Positions 32,366 through 42,639 of a DNA stretch of 64,000 nt are shown piece after piece (positions within the stretch are counted from its first letter, which is position 1; each line of letters begins with the position of its first letter). Made by a program: the position numbers and the translations under genes. The notes under the pieces are model-generated. The model did no database searches. It had not been told where the DNA came from and saw only the letters and a program-made list of their open reading frames with translations. This DNA comes from an uncultured Pelagibacteraceae bacterium (GTDB taxonomy: Bacteria > Pseudomonadota > Alphaproteobacteria > Pelagibacterales > Pelagibacteraceae), in NCBI GenBank assembly GCA_902564265.1, contig CACFAI010000005.1, positions 404 to 64,403 on the forward strand, in the 5' to 3' direction.

Positions 32366-33220
32366 TTATTTTACCTTTTGAATTAAAAACACAGATCCAA
32401 CTACAATTATCCCCCCTAAAGTCATTATCAAACTTGGGATTTCATTAAATATTATAAATGTTTGGATTAACCCAAATACAGGAAATAAAGCATAAAAGGG
32501 AAGAACTTTTCCCACTGGATAAAATTTATATAAGTAAAATAAAGACATATGAGCGCCTATTGAAACAATTAGACCAGAGTAAATTATTAAAAACCACATA
32601 TCTTTCTGAATATTTTTTAGAACAAACATCGTATTACCCTCTAAAAAAAAGGATAAAGTTATTAATGATACAAATCCAATTGATGCCATGAAAAAATTTG
32701 TAGTTACGATGTTTAATTTATTTGTATCTCTACTTGCCACATTCGCAACAGCATAAAAGAATGCCATTAAAGCTGTGAGCAAAAGAGCGAAAATATTGTT
32801 AATCAACTCTGGATCAAAACTAATTAAAATAATCCCCAAAAAGGATGTAATTACAAAAAACCATTTATTAAAACTAAATTTTTCATCTAGGAAAAAATTA
32901 CTTAAAATAATTGCAAATGGAATAGCGAGCTGGGACCCTATTATAACGGGCGAAACTATATTCGACTCTTGTAAAGACAAATAAGTAAAACCTGTAACTC
33001 CAACCCCCATGGAAAAAGAAAAAATAAATAATGATTTCAAATTTTCCTTTGGGATTTTAAAATTAAAAAAGGGTAATAAACAAATTACAACCACCAACAT
33101 TCTTAGCGATCCAAAAAGTAAAGGAGGCACATTTGTGTTTAGGACAAGTTTTCCAAAAACAAAGGCACTTCCAAATAGTGCCATGATTAATAAAATTAAT
33201 AAGTAATGTTTAATAGTCAA
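32366..33220 (-). CDS. EamA/DMT family permease
   Basis: About 10 TM in two EamA repeats. Confidence 0.88.
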   Translation of the reverse strand: MTIKHYLLILLIMALFGSAFVFGKLVLNTNVPPLLFGSLRMLVVVICLLPFFNFKIPKENLKSLFIFSFSMGVGVTGFTYLSLQESNIVSPVIIGSQLAIPFAIILSNFFLDEKFSFNKWFFVITSFLGIILISFDPELINNIFALLLTALMAFFYAVANVASRDTNKLNIVTTNFFMASIGFVSLITLSFFLEGNTMFVLKNIQKDMWFLIIYSGLIVSIGAHMSLFYLYKFYPVGKVLPFYALFPVFGLIQTFIIFNEIPSLIMTLGGIIVVGSVFLIQKVK

Positions 33221-33277
33221 AAAAATCCAATTTTAAATCGATTTATAGAATGACATTCATATTTTTTAAGTTATCCT

Positions 33278-34030
33278 ATGTCAATTAATATGAATTCAAA
33301 AAAGATTAAAGCTCAATTTGCAAAAGACACTAACCCAAGAGTAGGCTTAATTGTTCTGTCAACTGACAACATGATAGAAAAAGATTTCTCAAAAGTCTTA
33401 AGTGATAAACCAGTAGATTTATATGTTAATAGAATTAAAAATTATAATCCTGTAACAGCTGAAAATTTAAAAAAAATGTCAGAAAACATCACTTCGGTTG
33501 CAGACAACATATTACCTGGTGAAAAAGTAGATTGTGTTGTTTTTGGTTGCACATCAGGAACAATAGTATCTGGTTTTGATAACATAAAAAAAAAAATTAA
33601 TGTAGCTAAACCAAATGCGTTAGTTACAGCCCCAAGTACTGCGGCTTTAAAGGCCCTTAAAAAAAAGAATATTAAAAGAATATCTGTAGTCACACCATAT
33701 ATTAAGTCTTTAAATGATGATGTTGTAAATTTTTTTAAAGAAAATAAATTTGAAATAGTTTCAAATACATATTTTGATATCGAGTCAGATGTAGATATTG
33801 GAAAGGTAGATCAAAATAAGTTATTTGAAATATTGTCTGAAATTGATCATAATCAAGCTCAGGCACTATTTGTTTCTTGTACTTCGCTACCAGTTTTAAA
33901 CATAATTGAAAAACTTGAAAAAAAATTAAATATGATCGTTTTATCGAGTAACCAAGCATTAATTTGGGAAACTCTAGAAAAAATAAATGAAAACAAATCC
34001 ATTACCGGATTTGGAAGTTTATTTAATTAA
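33278..34030 (+). CDS. Asp/Glu racemase / maleate isomerase family protein (EutA-like)
   Basis: GLIVLSTD, FGCTSG, TPY, VSCTSL, SSNQA; both catalytic Cys retained. Confidence 0.88.
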   Translation: MSINMNSKKIKAQFAKDTNPRVGLIVLSTDNMIEKDFSKVLSDKPVDLYVNRIKNYNPVTAENLKKMSENITSVADNILPGEKVDCVVFGCTSGTIVSGFDNIKKKINVAKPNALVTAPSTAALKALKKKNIKRISVVTPYIKSLNDDVVNFFKENKFEIVSNTYFDIESDVDIGKVDQNKLFEILSEIDHNQAQALFVSCTSLPVLNIIEKLEKKLNMIVLSSNQALIWETLEKINENKSITGFGSLFN

Positions 34031-34038
34031 TTTAATAT

Positions 34039-35205
34039 ATGAATTTCACAGTCAAAGAATATAAAAATCGTCTTAAAAAGGTTCAATTAGAAATGCAAAA
34101 AAAAGGAATTGAACTTCTTATTTCACAGGATACTGCAAACATAAACTATCTGACAGGATATGATGCTTGGTCTTTTTATTATTCACAATGTGTAATAGTT
34201 CATGTGAATTCTGATGAGCCACTATGTTTTGTTAGAGCTCAGGATGCTGGCGGTGCTTTTATAACTACCTATCTTAAAAAGGAAAATATCATTATATATG
34301 ACGAAAAATATATTCATACCTGGCCGACTCATCCTTATGATGCGTTAGTTGATTTAATAAAGAAAAAAAAGTGGGATAAAATTAATATAGGAGTAGAAAT
34401 GGATGCTCATTATTTCACAGCTTATTGTTATGAAAAGTTAAAAAAGGGATTACCAAACGCAAAAATTTTAGACTCTGAGAGATTAGTCAATTGGGTAAGA
34501 GTAGAAAAATCCATTGCTGAAATTGAATATATGAAAAAGGCAGCAACTATTTCTGAGATGGCGATGAAAACTGCAATGGAAACAATAAGTCCAGATGTAA
34601 GACAATGTGATGCTGTTGCTGAAATTCAAAGAACTCTATTTAGAGGTACCCCAGAATACGGTGGTGAATATGCAAGTATTGCAACTTTACTTCCTACTGG
34701 AAAAGGAACATCAGCTTCACATTTAACTGCTAGTGATAAAAAGTTTGTTAATGGGGAAGCAACAATTATTGAGTTGTCAGGTACATATAAAAGGTATCAT
34801 GCTCCAATGGCAAGAACAATTAACTTAGGGAAGCCAGATCAAAAAAAACTTGATGCTATGAAAGCAACTAATGAAGCTTTAGAGGAGGGTATTAACGCTA
34901 GTAAACCAGGTAATACCGCTAATGATGTTGCGGAAAAATTTTGGGGAGTCTTGGATAAGTATGGAATTAAAAAAGAATCTCGAACAGGTTACTCTATAGG
35001 TGTTGGGTATCCACCAGATTGGGGCGAACACACTTTAAATATCTACAAAGGAGATATGACTGAATTAAAACCTAATATCTGTTATCACATGATTGCTGTT
35101 ATGCAATTTGGTAATTGGGGAGTTGAGTCATCAGAGTCTATAAGGATAACTGAGAGTGGAAATGAACTTTTATGCAATTTTTCAAGAGATTTACACGTAA
35201 AATAA
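34039..35205 (+). CDS. M24 pita-bread hydrolase, ectoine hydrolase EutD/DoeA-like
   Basis: YLTGYDAWSFY, LVNWVR..KS, HLT, RYHAPMART, RTGYSIG..YPPDWGE; lacks the usual M24 metal ligands. Confidence 0.88.
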   Translation: MNFTVKEYKNRLKKVQLEMQKKGIELLISQDTANINYLTGYDAWSFYYSQCVIVHVNSDEPLCFVRAQDAGGAFITTYLKKENIIIYDEKYIHTWPTHPYDALVDLIKKKKWDKINIGVEMDAHYFTAYCYEKLKKGLPNAKILDSERLVNWVRVEKSIAEIEYMKKAATISEMAMKTAMETISPDVRQCDAVAEIQRTLFRGTPEYGGEYASIATLLPTGKGTSASHLTASDKKFVNGEATIIELSGTYKRYHAPMARTINLGKPDQKKLDAMKATNEALEEGINASKPGNTANDVAEKFWGVLDKYGIKKESRTGYSIGVGYPPDWGEHTLNIYKGDMTELKPNICYHMIAVMQFGNWGVESSESIRITESGNELLCNFSRDLHVK

Positions 35206-35247
35206 GTTCTTGAAATAGATCTCAACAAATGTTTTAAACCTTATCTT

Positions 35248-36336
35248 ATGTCAAAGAACTTAGATTTTGTTAAATTCGATAAAGTTGACAAAAGTTACGA
35301 TGGAAAAGTACTTGTTGTTAAAGATTTAAACCTAGACATTGCTGAAGGCGAGTTCATAACTATGTTAGGACCATCTGGATCAGGTAAGACAACTTGTTTG
35401 ATGATGTTAGCTGGTTTTGAAACCCCTACAAACGGAGAAATTTATTTAGATAAAAATCCAATTTCAAATATTCCCCCACACAAAAGAGGAATAGGAATGG
35501 TCTTTCAAAACTATGCCTTGTTTCCTCACATGACAGTATATGAAAATTTAGCCTTTCCTTTAAAGGTAAGAAAATTTCAAAAAGACGAGATTGATAAGAA
35601 AGTGGATAAAGCTCTTTCAATGGTATCGCTATCTGGTTTTGAACATAGAATGCCGGGACAGTTATCTGGTGGTCAACAACAAAGGGTAGCAGTTGCGAGA
35701 TCTTTGGTGTTTGATCCTCAATTAGTTTTAATGGACGAACCACTTGGAGCTTTAGATAAAAATTTAAGAGAGAGCATGCAATACGAAATTAAACATATTC
35801 ATGAAAGTATTGGGGTCACGGTAGTCTACGTAACACATGATCAAAGTGAAGCATTAACAATGTCTAATAGAATAGCAGTGTTCAATGATGGAAAAGTTCA
35901 ACAACTTTCATCACCAGACAAATTATACGAAGAGCCTGTAAATTCCTTTGTGGCTGAATTTATTGGTGAGAATAATACTTTTGCAGGGCTAGTAACCAAT
36001 ATGTCTGGTAAAGAATGTAAAGTTAAGCTTAATGATGGAACAGAAATAGTTGCAAATCCAATTTCAGTTAAGTCAAATGGAGACAAAACTACTGTATCTC
36101 TTAGGCCAGAGAGAGCTTTGATTAACACAAAAGAAAAAATGGACAATAACTTTAAAGGAAAAATTGAAGAAGTTATTTATCATGGAGATCATACTAGAGT
36201 AAGACTTGATCTACTCGGAAATAAAGAATTTATATTAAAAGTGCCTAATAGCTCTGCCAATATGGATATTAAAATGGGCAACCAAATTAATGTAAGTTGG
36301 AATAGCCGTGATGCTAGAGCTTTAGATCCAAAATAA
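35248..36336 (+). CDS. potA: PotA-like ABC transporter ATPase
   Basis: GPSGSGKT, FQNYALFPH, LSGGQQQR, DEPLGALD, TOBE tail. Confidence 0.9.
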   Translation: MSKNLDFVKFDKVDKSYDGKVLVVKDLNLDIAEGEFITMLGPSGSGKTTCLMMLAGFETPTNGEIYLDKNPISNIPPHKRGIGMVFQNYALFPHMTVYENLAFPLKVRKFQKDEIDKKVDKALSMVSLSGFEHRMPGQLSGGQQQRVAVARSLVFDPQLVLMDEPLGALDKNLRESMQYEIKHIHESIGVTVVYVTHDQSEALTMSNRIAVFNDGKVQQLSSPDKLYEEPVNSFVAEFIGENNTFAGLVTNMSGKECKVKLNDGTEIVANPISVKSNGDKTTVSLRPERALINTKEKMDNNFKGKIEEVIYHGDHTRVRLDLLGNKEFILKVPNSSANMDIKMGNQINVSWNSRDARALDPK

Positions 36337-36397
36337 ACCTCAGGTTTAATTTTCAATTATTTAATAAAATAAAGCCCTATTTTAGCCAAATGTCAGG

Positions 36398-36426
36398 TTG
36401 ACTCCTACATTATATATTGCTGTAAT
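36398..36426 (+). promoter_or_regulatory. Internal sigma70 promoter for the binding-protein gene
   Basis: TTGACT-17 bp-TGTAAT, followed by strong SD GGAGG. Confidence 0.7.
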
Positions 36427-36458
36427 TAGTTTTTATAAAACGTTTAAACGGAGGAATA

Positions 36459-37574
36459 ATGAAAAAACTAAGTAAATTGTTACTAGTTCTATCTTTCGCA
36501 CTTTCTATCAGCTCATCAGCATTTGCAGTTACAGTTGCATCATGGGGTGGAGCTTATACAGAGTCACAAAAGCTAGGATATGGTGACCCTACTGCTAAGA
36601 AACTTGGTGTCCCGATCAATTGGGTCGACTACTCAGGTGGATTATCAGAAATTAAAGCACAAAAAGAGGCTGGCAAAATTACGTGGGATATAATTGACGT
36701 ATTTGCTATGGACACTATCACTGGATGTGATGAAGGTTTATTTGTTGAATTTGATTTTGACAAAGACTTCCCACCAGCACCGGATGGAACTAAAGCGAGT
36801 AAAGACTTCTTTGCTCCTATGCCAAGTAAATGTGCTGTAGGAAACATTCTATATTCTTGGAACTACGCTTATAACACTAAGAATGTTAAAGGTACTCCAA
36901 AGACTATAAAAGATTTCTTTGACACTAAAAAATTCCCTGGAAAAAGAGCTATTTACAAAAGCGCTCTAACAAATTTAGAGATCGCTTTAGCTGCAGATGG
37001 AATTAAGCCAGGAAAAGGTGGAAAGAAAATCTACAAAGCTCTTAACACAGAAAAAGGTGTAAACAGAGCAATGAACAAGATCAAAGCATTATGCACAGAC
37101 CCTAACGGTGGATGTGTATTTTGGTCAGCAGGTGCACAACCACCAGAACTATTAGTTTCAGGTGAAGTTGTTATGGCAACTGGTTGGAACGGAAGATTCT
37201 TCAACGCTGAAATCGGTGAAGGTGCTCCAATCAAACAAGTTTGGGATGGTCAAGGTCTTGACTACGAATATTTCGTATTAGTTAAAGGTGGACCAAACGA
37301 AGCTGATGCTAAAAAAGCACTAGCAATGATGACAAGTACAGAAGGTTTAGCAGGAAGTGCAAAATACATTGCATATGCACCTTGGAGAAAATCATCACTT
37401 AAAGTTATGGCAGCAGGCGAGCCATGGTACAAAGATGGTAAGACTAACATGGTACCACAAATGCCAACTGCGCCAGCGAACACTAAAAATTACTTCTTAG
37501 TGGATCCAATATTCTGGGCTGATAACGGTACAGAACTTGGTGAAAAATGGGAAGCAATGAAAGCTGGTCTATAA
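36459..37574 (+). CDS. potD: PotD/PotF-like substrate-binding protein
   Basis: Signal peptide, SWGGAY, WD..D, WNGR; high-expression codon bias. Confidence 0.88.
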   Translation: MKKLSKLLLVLSFALSISSSAFAVTVASWGGAYTESQKLGYGDPTAKKLGVPINWVDYSGGLSEIKAQKEAGKITWDIIDVFAMDTITGCDEGLFVEFDFDKDFPPAPDGTKASKDFFAPMPSKCAVGNILYSWNYAYNTKNVKGTPKTIKDFFDTKKFPGKRAIYKSALTNLEIALAADGIKPGKGGKKIYKALNTEKGVNRAMNKIKALCTDPNGGCVFWSAGAQPPELLVSGEVVMATGWNGRFFNAEIGEGAPIKQVWDGQGLDYEYFVLVKGGPNEADAKKALAMMTSTEGLAGSAKYIAYAPWRKSSLKVMAAGEPWYKDGKTNMVPQMPTAPANTKNYFLVDPIFWADNGTELGEKWEAMKAGL

Positions 37575-37610
37575 TTTTAAGTTTTAAAGACTAAAATTAT
37601 ATATTATATT

Positions 37611-37640
37611 AAGGGCGGTTATTTATAGCCGCCCTTTTTT
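37611..37640 (+). terminator. Intra-operon terminator/stabilising hairpin after the binding protein
   Basis: AAGGGCGGTTA-TTTA-TAGCCGCCCTT plus T run, ending 4 bp before the permease ATG. Confidence 0.85.
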
Positions 37641-37644
37641 ATTT

Positions 37645-38898
37645 ATGAGCATTGAAACAGGAAAAATTTTAACAACAGACGGCATACCTCTTGAGGTAAG
37701 TCTTAAAAAAGCTGAAAGAAAAAATAAAATTAAAGCATTTCTTTTAGTAGCACCTCTCTTATTCTTTTTGCTTATTACATACATTTTCCCTATCGGCGAC
37801 ATGCTCATGAGGAGTGTGGATGATAAAATGGTTACCGAGATGTTGCCAAAAACATTTAAGTCAATGGAAAAATGGGATGGTAAAGAACTGCCGCCAGAAG
37901 AAGTTTTTGAGTCTTTTTATTTAGATTTTCAAAAACTTGTTGAAGAAAAACGAGATGGAAAACTTTCTACACAATTAAATTATACAAAGAATGGATTTAA
38001 AAGTATTTTAAAAAAATTACGAAGAAAAGCTAAAAATTTTGAGGAAGGAAATTACAAAGAACAAATAATGGCTGTTCACCAAAGATGGGCAGACGTTGAA
38101 TACTGGCGAGCCATACAAAGACGTGCTCCTGCTTATACAAGTCAAAAATATTTAAAAGGAATTGACATGTATAAAAATGAAGAGGGTAATATTGTAAGTG
38201 TAGAAGAGGATCGAAGAATTCATAGAATTTTATGGCTTAGAACTTTAGAGATAGCTTTCTTTGTAACTCTTTTATGTTTTTTAATGGCTTACCCAATAGC
38301 CCATCTCCTTGCTACCTTGCCAATGAAATATAGTAACCTATTAATGATTTGTGTACTTCTTCCATTTTGGACATCGTTATTAGTTAGAACTGCAAGTTGG
38401 ATGATACTCTTGCAGCAACAGGGAGTTGTTAACGATTTTTTTGTTATGATAGGATTGGTCGCTGACGATAATAGACCAGAAATGATGTTTAATAAAACCG
38501 GAACTTATGTAGCAATGACACAAATATTGTTGCCGTTTATGGTTTTACCTTTGTACAGTGTAATGAAAACAATATCCCCAAGTTTGATGAGAGCTGGAAA
38601 ATCTTTAGGAGGAACTCCATTCGTTGCTTTTTGGAAAGTATATTTTCCTTTAACGATTCCAGGTATTGGGGCAGGATGTTTACTGGTGTTCATTTTGGCG
38701 ATTGGATACTACATCACACCTGCATTAGTGGGAGGTGCATCAGGAACTTTAATTAGTAACCAAATCGCATTTCACATGAAAAGTACTCTTGATTGGAGTT
38801 TTGCTTCAGCAATGGGACTAATGTTACTTGCGGGAGTTTTAGCAATTTATTGGATCTACAATAAACTTGTTGGAGTAGATAATATAAAACTAGGATAA
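37645..38898 (+). CDS. potB: PotB-like permease with enlarged periplasmic loop
   Basis: LLPFWTSLLVR, LPFMVLPLY, EAA-like loop. Confidence 0.88.
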   Translation: MSIETGKILTTDGIPLEVSLKKAERKNKIKAFLLVAPLLFFLLITYIFPIGDMLMRSVDDKMVTEMLPKTFKSMEKWDGKELPPEEVFESFYLDFQKLVEEKRDGKLSTQLNYTKNGFKSILKKLRRKAKNFEEGNYKEQIMAVHQRWADVEYWRAIQRRAPAYTSQKYLKGIDMYKNEEGNIVSVEEDRRIHRILWLRTLEIAFFVTLLCFLMAYPIAHLLATLPMKYSNLLMICVLLPFWTSLLVRTASWMILLQQQGVVNDFFVMIGLVADDNRPEMMFNKTGTYVAMTQILLPFMVLPLYSVMKTISPSLMRAGKSLGGTPFVAFWKVYFPLTIPGIGAGCLLVFILAIGYYITPALVGGASGTLISNQIAFHMKSTLDWSFASAMGLMLLAGVLAIYWIYNKLVGVDNIKLG

Positions 38899-38900
38899 TT

Positions 38901-39755
38901 ATGGCATTACCAAAGTATACTGAGACACGTTATAGAGTTTGGCACTACTTCTATATTATTATTTGCACATGCGTATTTTTCTTTTTAATCGCACCTCTAT
39001 TCGTGATATTTCCATTATCCTTCAATGCCGAAGAATTTTTAAGTTTTTCTGAAGGAATGAAAAACCTAGATCCTGATGCATTTTCTTTAAGATGGTACAA
39101 AGATATGATTTACGGAACAAAAAACCCATGGGGTCTTGCAGCAAAAAATAGTTTTATCATCGCTATATTTGCAACACTCGGCTCAGTTATTTTGGGTACA
39201 GTTGCTGCATTAGGACTAAGCAGCAGACATATGCCTTACAAAGGATTAATTATGGCTACTTTAATTTCACCAATGATAGTGCCATTAATCATTTCTGGTG
39301 TTGCAATTTTTTTCTTTATGGCAAAAGCAGGACTTGCTGCTACACATACAGGAATTGTATTAGCACACATTATTTTAGGAACACCTTTCGTTGTAATTAC
39401 TGTAACAGCAACTTTATCAGGCTTTGACCACAGTGTTACAAGAGCTGCATCAAGCTTAGGTAGTGATCCAGTAAACACATTTATGAAAATTACATTACCA
39501 TTAATTCTGCCAGGAGTAATATCTGGAGGCTTGTTCGCCTTCGTGACATCTTTTGACGAAGTTGTTGTTGTTTTATTCTTAGCTGGTCTAGAAAATACAA
39601 CAATTCCAATTCAAATGTGGACGGGACTAAGAGAACAATTGAGCCCAACAATATTAGCTGTTGCGACATGTTTAATAATTTTATCTACATTAATTCTTGT
39701 TACAGCTGAGCTATTAAGACGAAGATCTGAAAGGCTCAGAGGAATAAATAGATAA
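38901..39755 (+). CDS. potC: PotC-like permease
   Basis: FSLRWY, PMIVP, SFDEVV, TIP. Confidence 0.88.
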   Translation: MALPKYTETRYRVWHYFYIIICTCVFFFLIAPLFVIFPLSFNAEEFLSFSEGMKNLDPDAFSLRWYKDMIYGTKNPWGLAAKNSFIIAIFATLGSVILGTVAALGLSSRHMPYKGLIMATLISPMIVPLIISGVAIFFFMAKAGLAATHTGIVLAHIILGTPFVVITVTATLSGFDHSVTRAASSLGSDPVNTFMKITLPLILPGVISGGLFAFVTSFDEVVVVLFLAGLENTTIPIQMWTGLREQLSPTILAVATCLIILSTLILVTAELLRRRSERLRGINR

Positions 39756-39758
39756 AAA

Positions 39759-41981
39759 ATGGAAATCAAAAAGGTTGTTGTAATAGGCTCTGGAACTATG
39801 GGTAGTGGAATTGCTGCGCATTTATGTAATGCGAATGTACCAGTTACTTTATTAGATCTTACAACTGACATTAGCACAAAGGCAAGAGAGCGAATATATA
39901 AATCAAGACCGCCATTGTTAATTGATAAATCAAAAATTGATAATATCAGAGTTGGCAATATCAACGATGATTTTAATGTTGTAAAAGAGGCAGACTGGAT
40001 AGTTGAAGCTGTAGTTGAAAGAATAGACATTAAACATCAAATTTACAAAAAAATCTTTGATAATAGAAAAGATGGAGCAATTGTTTCATCTAACACTTCC
40101 TCAATTCCAATTAAAATTCTATCCGAAAATATGACTGACGAGCAAAAAAAAGATTTTTGCATAACACACTTTTTTAATCCAGTTAGATACATGGGTTTGT
40201 TAGAAATAGTAAAAAATGAAAGTAATGATTTAAAAAAAATTAGTTCTTTGAAAGTCTTTTGTGAAAAAGAACTTGGTAAAGGAGCCATTGTTTGTAATGA
40301 CACGCCAGGCTTCCTTGGTAATAGAGTAGGAGTTTATGCAATGCAAGTTGCTATGACCGAAGCATTTAAAATGAAATTGACTATTGAAGAGGCTGATGCA
40401 GTGTTTGGGAGACCTATGGGAATACCTAAAACTGGAGTGTTTGGTTTATATGATCTAATTGGTATTGATTTGATGGCAGATGTTTTAAAAAGTTTTGTAA
40501 AAGAACTTCCAGGAACTGACAAATTTCAAGAGGTTGCTAAAGAGATCCCGCTTGTTAAAAAATTAATTGATTCTGGCTATACCGGAAGAAAAGGTAAGGG
40601 TGGCTTTTACAGAATGAAAAAATTAGAAAACCAAAAAATTTTGGAGGCAATTAACCTTCAAACTGGAGAATATTCTGAATCTTTAAAAATTGATCTCAAA
40701 ATTGATACTGTAGACCTTAACACTATCATCAACAGGAAAGACAAGTATGGAGAATATGCTTGGTCAGTAATTTCTCAAATCATTAAATACGCATCATCTT
40801 TAGTTCCGGGCATAACTAATAAATTCAATGACATTGATGAAGCTATGAGATTAGGATTTAATTGGGCTATGGGACCCTTCGAAATGCTTAAATCAATTGG
40901 TGTAAAAAATTTTTTTAATCGTGTTGATGAATTTAAGGGAAATAAATTTTTAGAGGAACTTTCAGTAAAAAAAGATGAAAACTTTTACGGTGAAAGACAA
41001 ATTTACACCGAAATAGAAACACTTGGCAAGGTAAAGCCCAAAGCTTTAAGTTTGGATAAAAACAAGTCAGCGGAGATTTATAGGTTTAAGGATTTTAATA
41101 TTGTAGAGTTTACCACTAAAGCATGTGCGCTAGATTATGACTCTATGGATAGTTTAAAAAAAGCAACAGATAAACCTCTGATAATTATAAATGAAAGTAT
41201 GCAATTTTCTGCTGGTGTTAATTTGTCATATACAATGAACTTCGCTGAAAAGGGGGATTTTAAATCTATAGAAAAATTTATTAAATATTTTCAAGATACT
41301 TGTAAACAACTTAAGTATTCAAAATTTCCTGTTGTCTCAGCACCTTCTGGGCTTACGTTAGGTGGTGGATTTGAAGTAATGGTTCAAAGTAACTTTGTAA
41401 CATCTCACACAAATATAGTAGTAGGTTTAGTCGAGACAATGGTTGGACTTGTACCCGCTGGTGGTGGATGCAAAGAAATGCTGTGGAGATGGGCTCAAAG
41501 TGAGGAGTCTAAGAGAGATTTAGATTTTGCACCACTTAAAGTATTTGAAATTATAGGTTATGGAAAAACTGCATCTTCTCCAATTGAAGCCGAGCCCTTA
41601 AAATATTTGTTACCAACAGATAAAAAGATAATGAATAGGAATAGCTTATTTTCAGAGGCAAAAAAAATTATAGAGGAAAATAAAAATTTTAAACCAAGTA
41701 ATGAGTGTACTTTTAAACTATCAGGAAAATCAGTAAGAGAAAAAATGTTTAAAACTTTAGATAAACTTTATAATGATAAAATTATCTTTGATCATGGTAT
41801 GACGGTAGGAAAAGAACTTGCCAATGTTTTAAGTGGTGGTGATACGAATTCTGATAAAATATTGACTGAGGATGATATTTACAAATTAGAACTAGACTCT
41901 TTTATGAGATTAATTGAAAATAAAAAAACCCAAGATAGAATAAAGCATACATTGTCTACTGGCAAACCTTTGGTCAATTAG
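39759..41981 (+). CDS. 3-hydroxyacyl-CoA dehydrogenase / enoyl-CoA hydratase fusion (FadN-like)
   Basis: GSGTMG, EAVVE, SSNTS, HFFNP, FLGNR; C-terminal crotonase FSAG.NL, GGG.E, GLVPAGGG. Confidence 0.9.
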   Translation: MEIKKVVVIGSGTMGSGIAAHLCNANVPVTLLDLTTDISTKARERIYKSRPPLLIDKSKIDNIRVGNINDDFNVVKEADWIVEAVVERIDIKHQIYKKIFDNRKDGAIVSSNTSSIPIKILSENMTDEQKKDFCITHFFNPVRYMGLLEIVKNESNDLKKISSLKVFCEKELGKGAIVCNDTPGFLGNRVGVYAMQVAMTEAFKMKLTIEEADAVFGRPMGIPKTGVFGLYDLIGIDLMADVLKSFVKELPGTDKFQEVAKEIPLVKKLIDSGYTGRKGKGGFYRMKKLENQKILEAINLQTGEYSESLKIDLKIDTVDLNTIINRKDKYGEYAWSVISQIIKYASSLVPGITNKFNDIDEAMRLGFNWAMGPFEMLKSIGVKNFFNRVDEFKGNKFLEELSVKKDENFYGERQIYTEIETLGKVKPKALSLDKNKSAEIYRFKDFNIVEFTTKACALDYDSMDSLKKATDKPLIIINESMQFSAGVNLSYTMNFAEKGDFKSIEKFIKYFQDTCKQLKYSKFPVVSAPSGLTLGGGFEVMVQSNFVTSHTNIVVGLVETMVGLVPAGGGCKEMLWRWAQSEESKRDLDFAPLKVFEIIGYGKTASSPIEAEPLKYLLPTDKKIMNRNSLFSEAKKIIEENKNFKPSNECTFKLSGKSVREKMFKTLDKLYNDKIIFDHGMTVGKELANVLSGGDTNSDKILTEDDIYKLELDSFMRLIENKKTQDRIKHTLSTGKPLVN

Positions 41982-42630
41982 AAATCTCAGTTAACATCCT
42001 TAAAGAATTAATAAAGTCAGGCCGCAACACATACTCAGACTTATTTCCAGATTTAATTTTTGTTAAAGCTGCAAATCCATGAGTTACATTGCCAAGTGGA
42101 GTGTACTCACCCTCAAATAAAGGTGCGTCTGAAAGAAGTATAAAAAATTCACTATCTTCCATATCTCCATTTTTACTTTTCGCAAACCCAACAGAACCTT
42201 TTTTAAAATGGAATGGTTTATCTTTTTCTGGTTTAATCAAACTGTATTTTGATTTACCGCTACCGATATAAGTGTAATTTATATTTCCTTTTTTACCAAA
42301 TTCTAAATCTCCTGCTTGCACTAAAAAATTTTCTACAACACGATGAAAAGCAACATCATCATATTCTTTATTAATTATCATGTTTTTAAATCTCGCAACT
42401 GCATTAGGCGAGACCTCAGGTAAAAGTTCGATTATAACATTTCCACAATTAATATTCATGACAACAATATTTTCTCTATTCGTAAAGACAAGTTTATCAA
42501 TTTTAACATTTTCTACAAAAAGACATTTATTTTTTATCAATATAAAAGATGAGAAGGCAAAGATTGCCAATGAAATCAAAAAAATAAGCAAAATTTTTTC
42601 GGATTTACTTTGTTTTATTTTTGTAAGCAT
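41974..42630 (-). CDS. Membrane-anchored cyclophilin-type PPIase
   Basis: N-terminal TM; FHRVVENFLVQAGD, SEFFI, YT..G.V. Confidence 0.9.
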   Translation of the reverse strand: MLTKIKQSKSEKILLIFLISLAIFAFSSFILIKNKCLFVENVKIDKLVFTNRENIVVMNINCGNVIIELLPEVSPNAVARFKNMIINKEYDDVAFHRVVENFLVQAGDLEFGKKGNINYTYIGSGKSKYSLIKPEKDKPFHFKKGSVGFAKSKNGDMEDSEFFILLSDAPLFEGEYTPLGNVTHGFAALTKIKSGNKSEYVLRPDFINSLRMLTEISN

Positions 42631-42639
42631 TTTTAAAAT

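Noticed and set aside
33278-35205. Complete canonical ectoine catabolism (eutABCDE/doeABCD)
   Set aside because: Only EutA-like and EutD-like genes are present; eutB, eutC, eutE and doeD are not seen in this window
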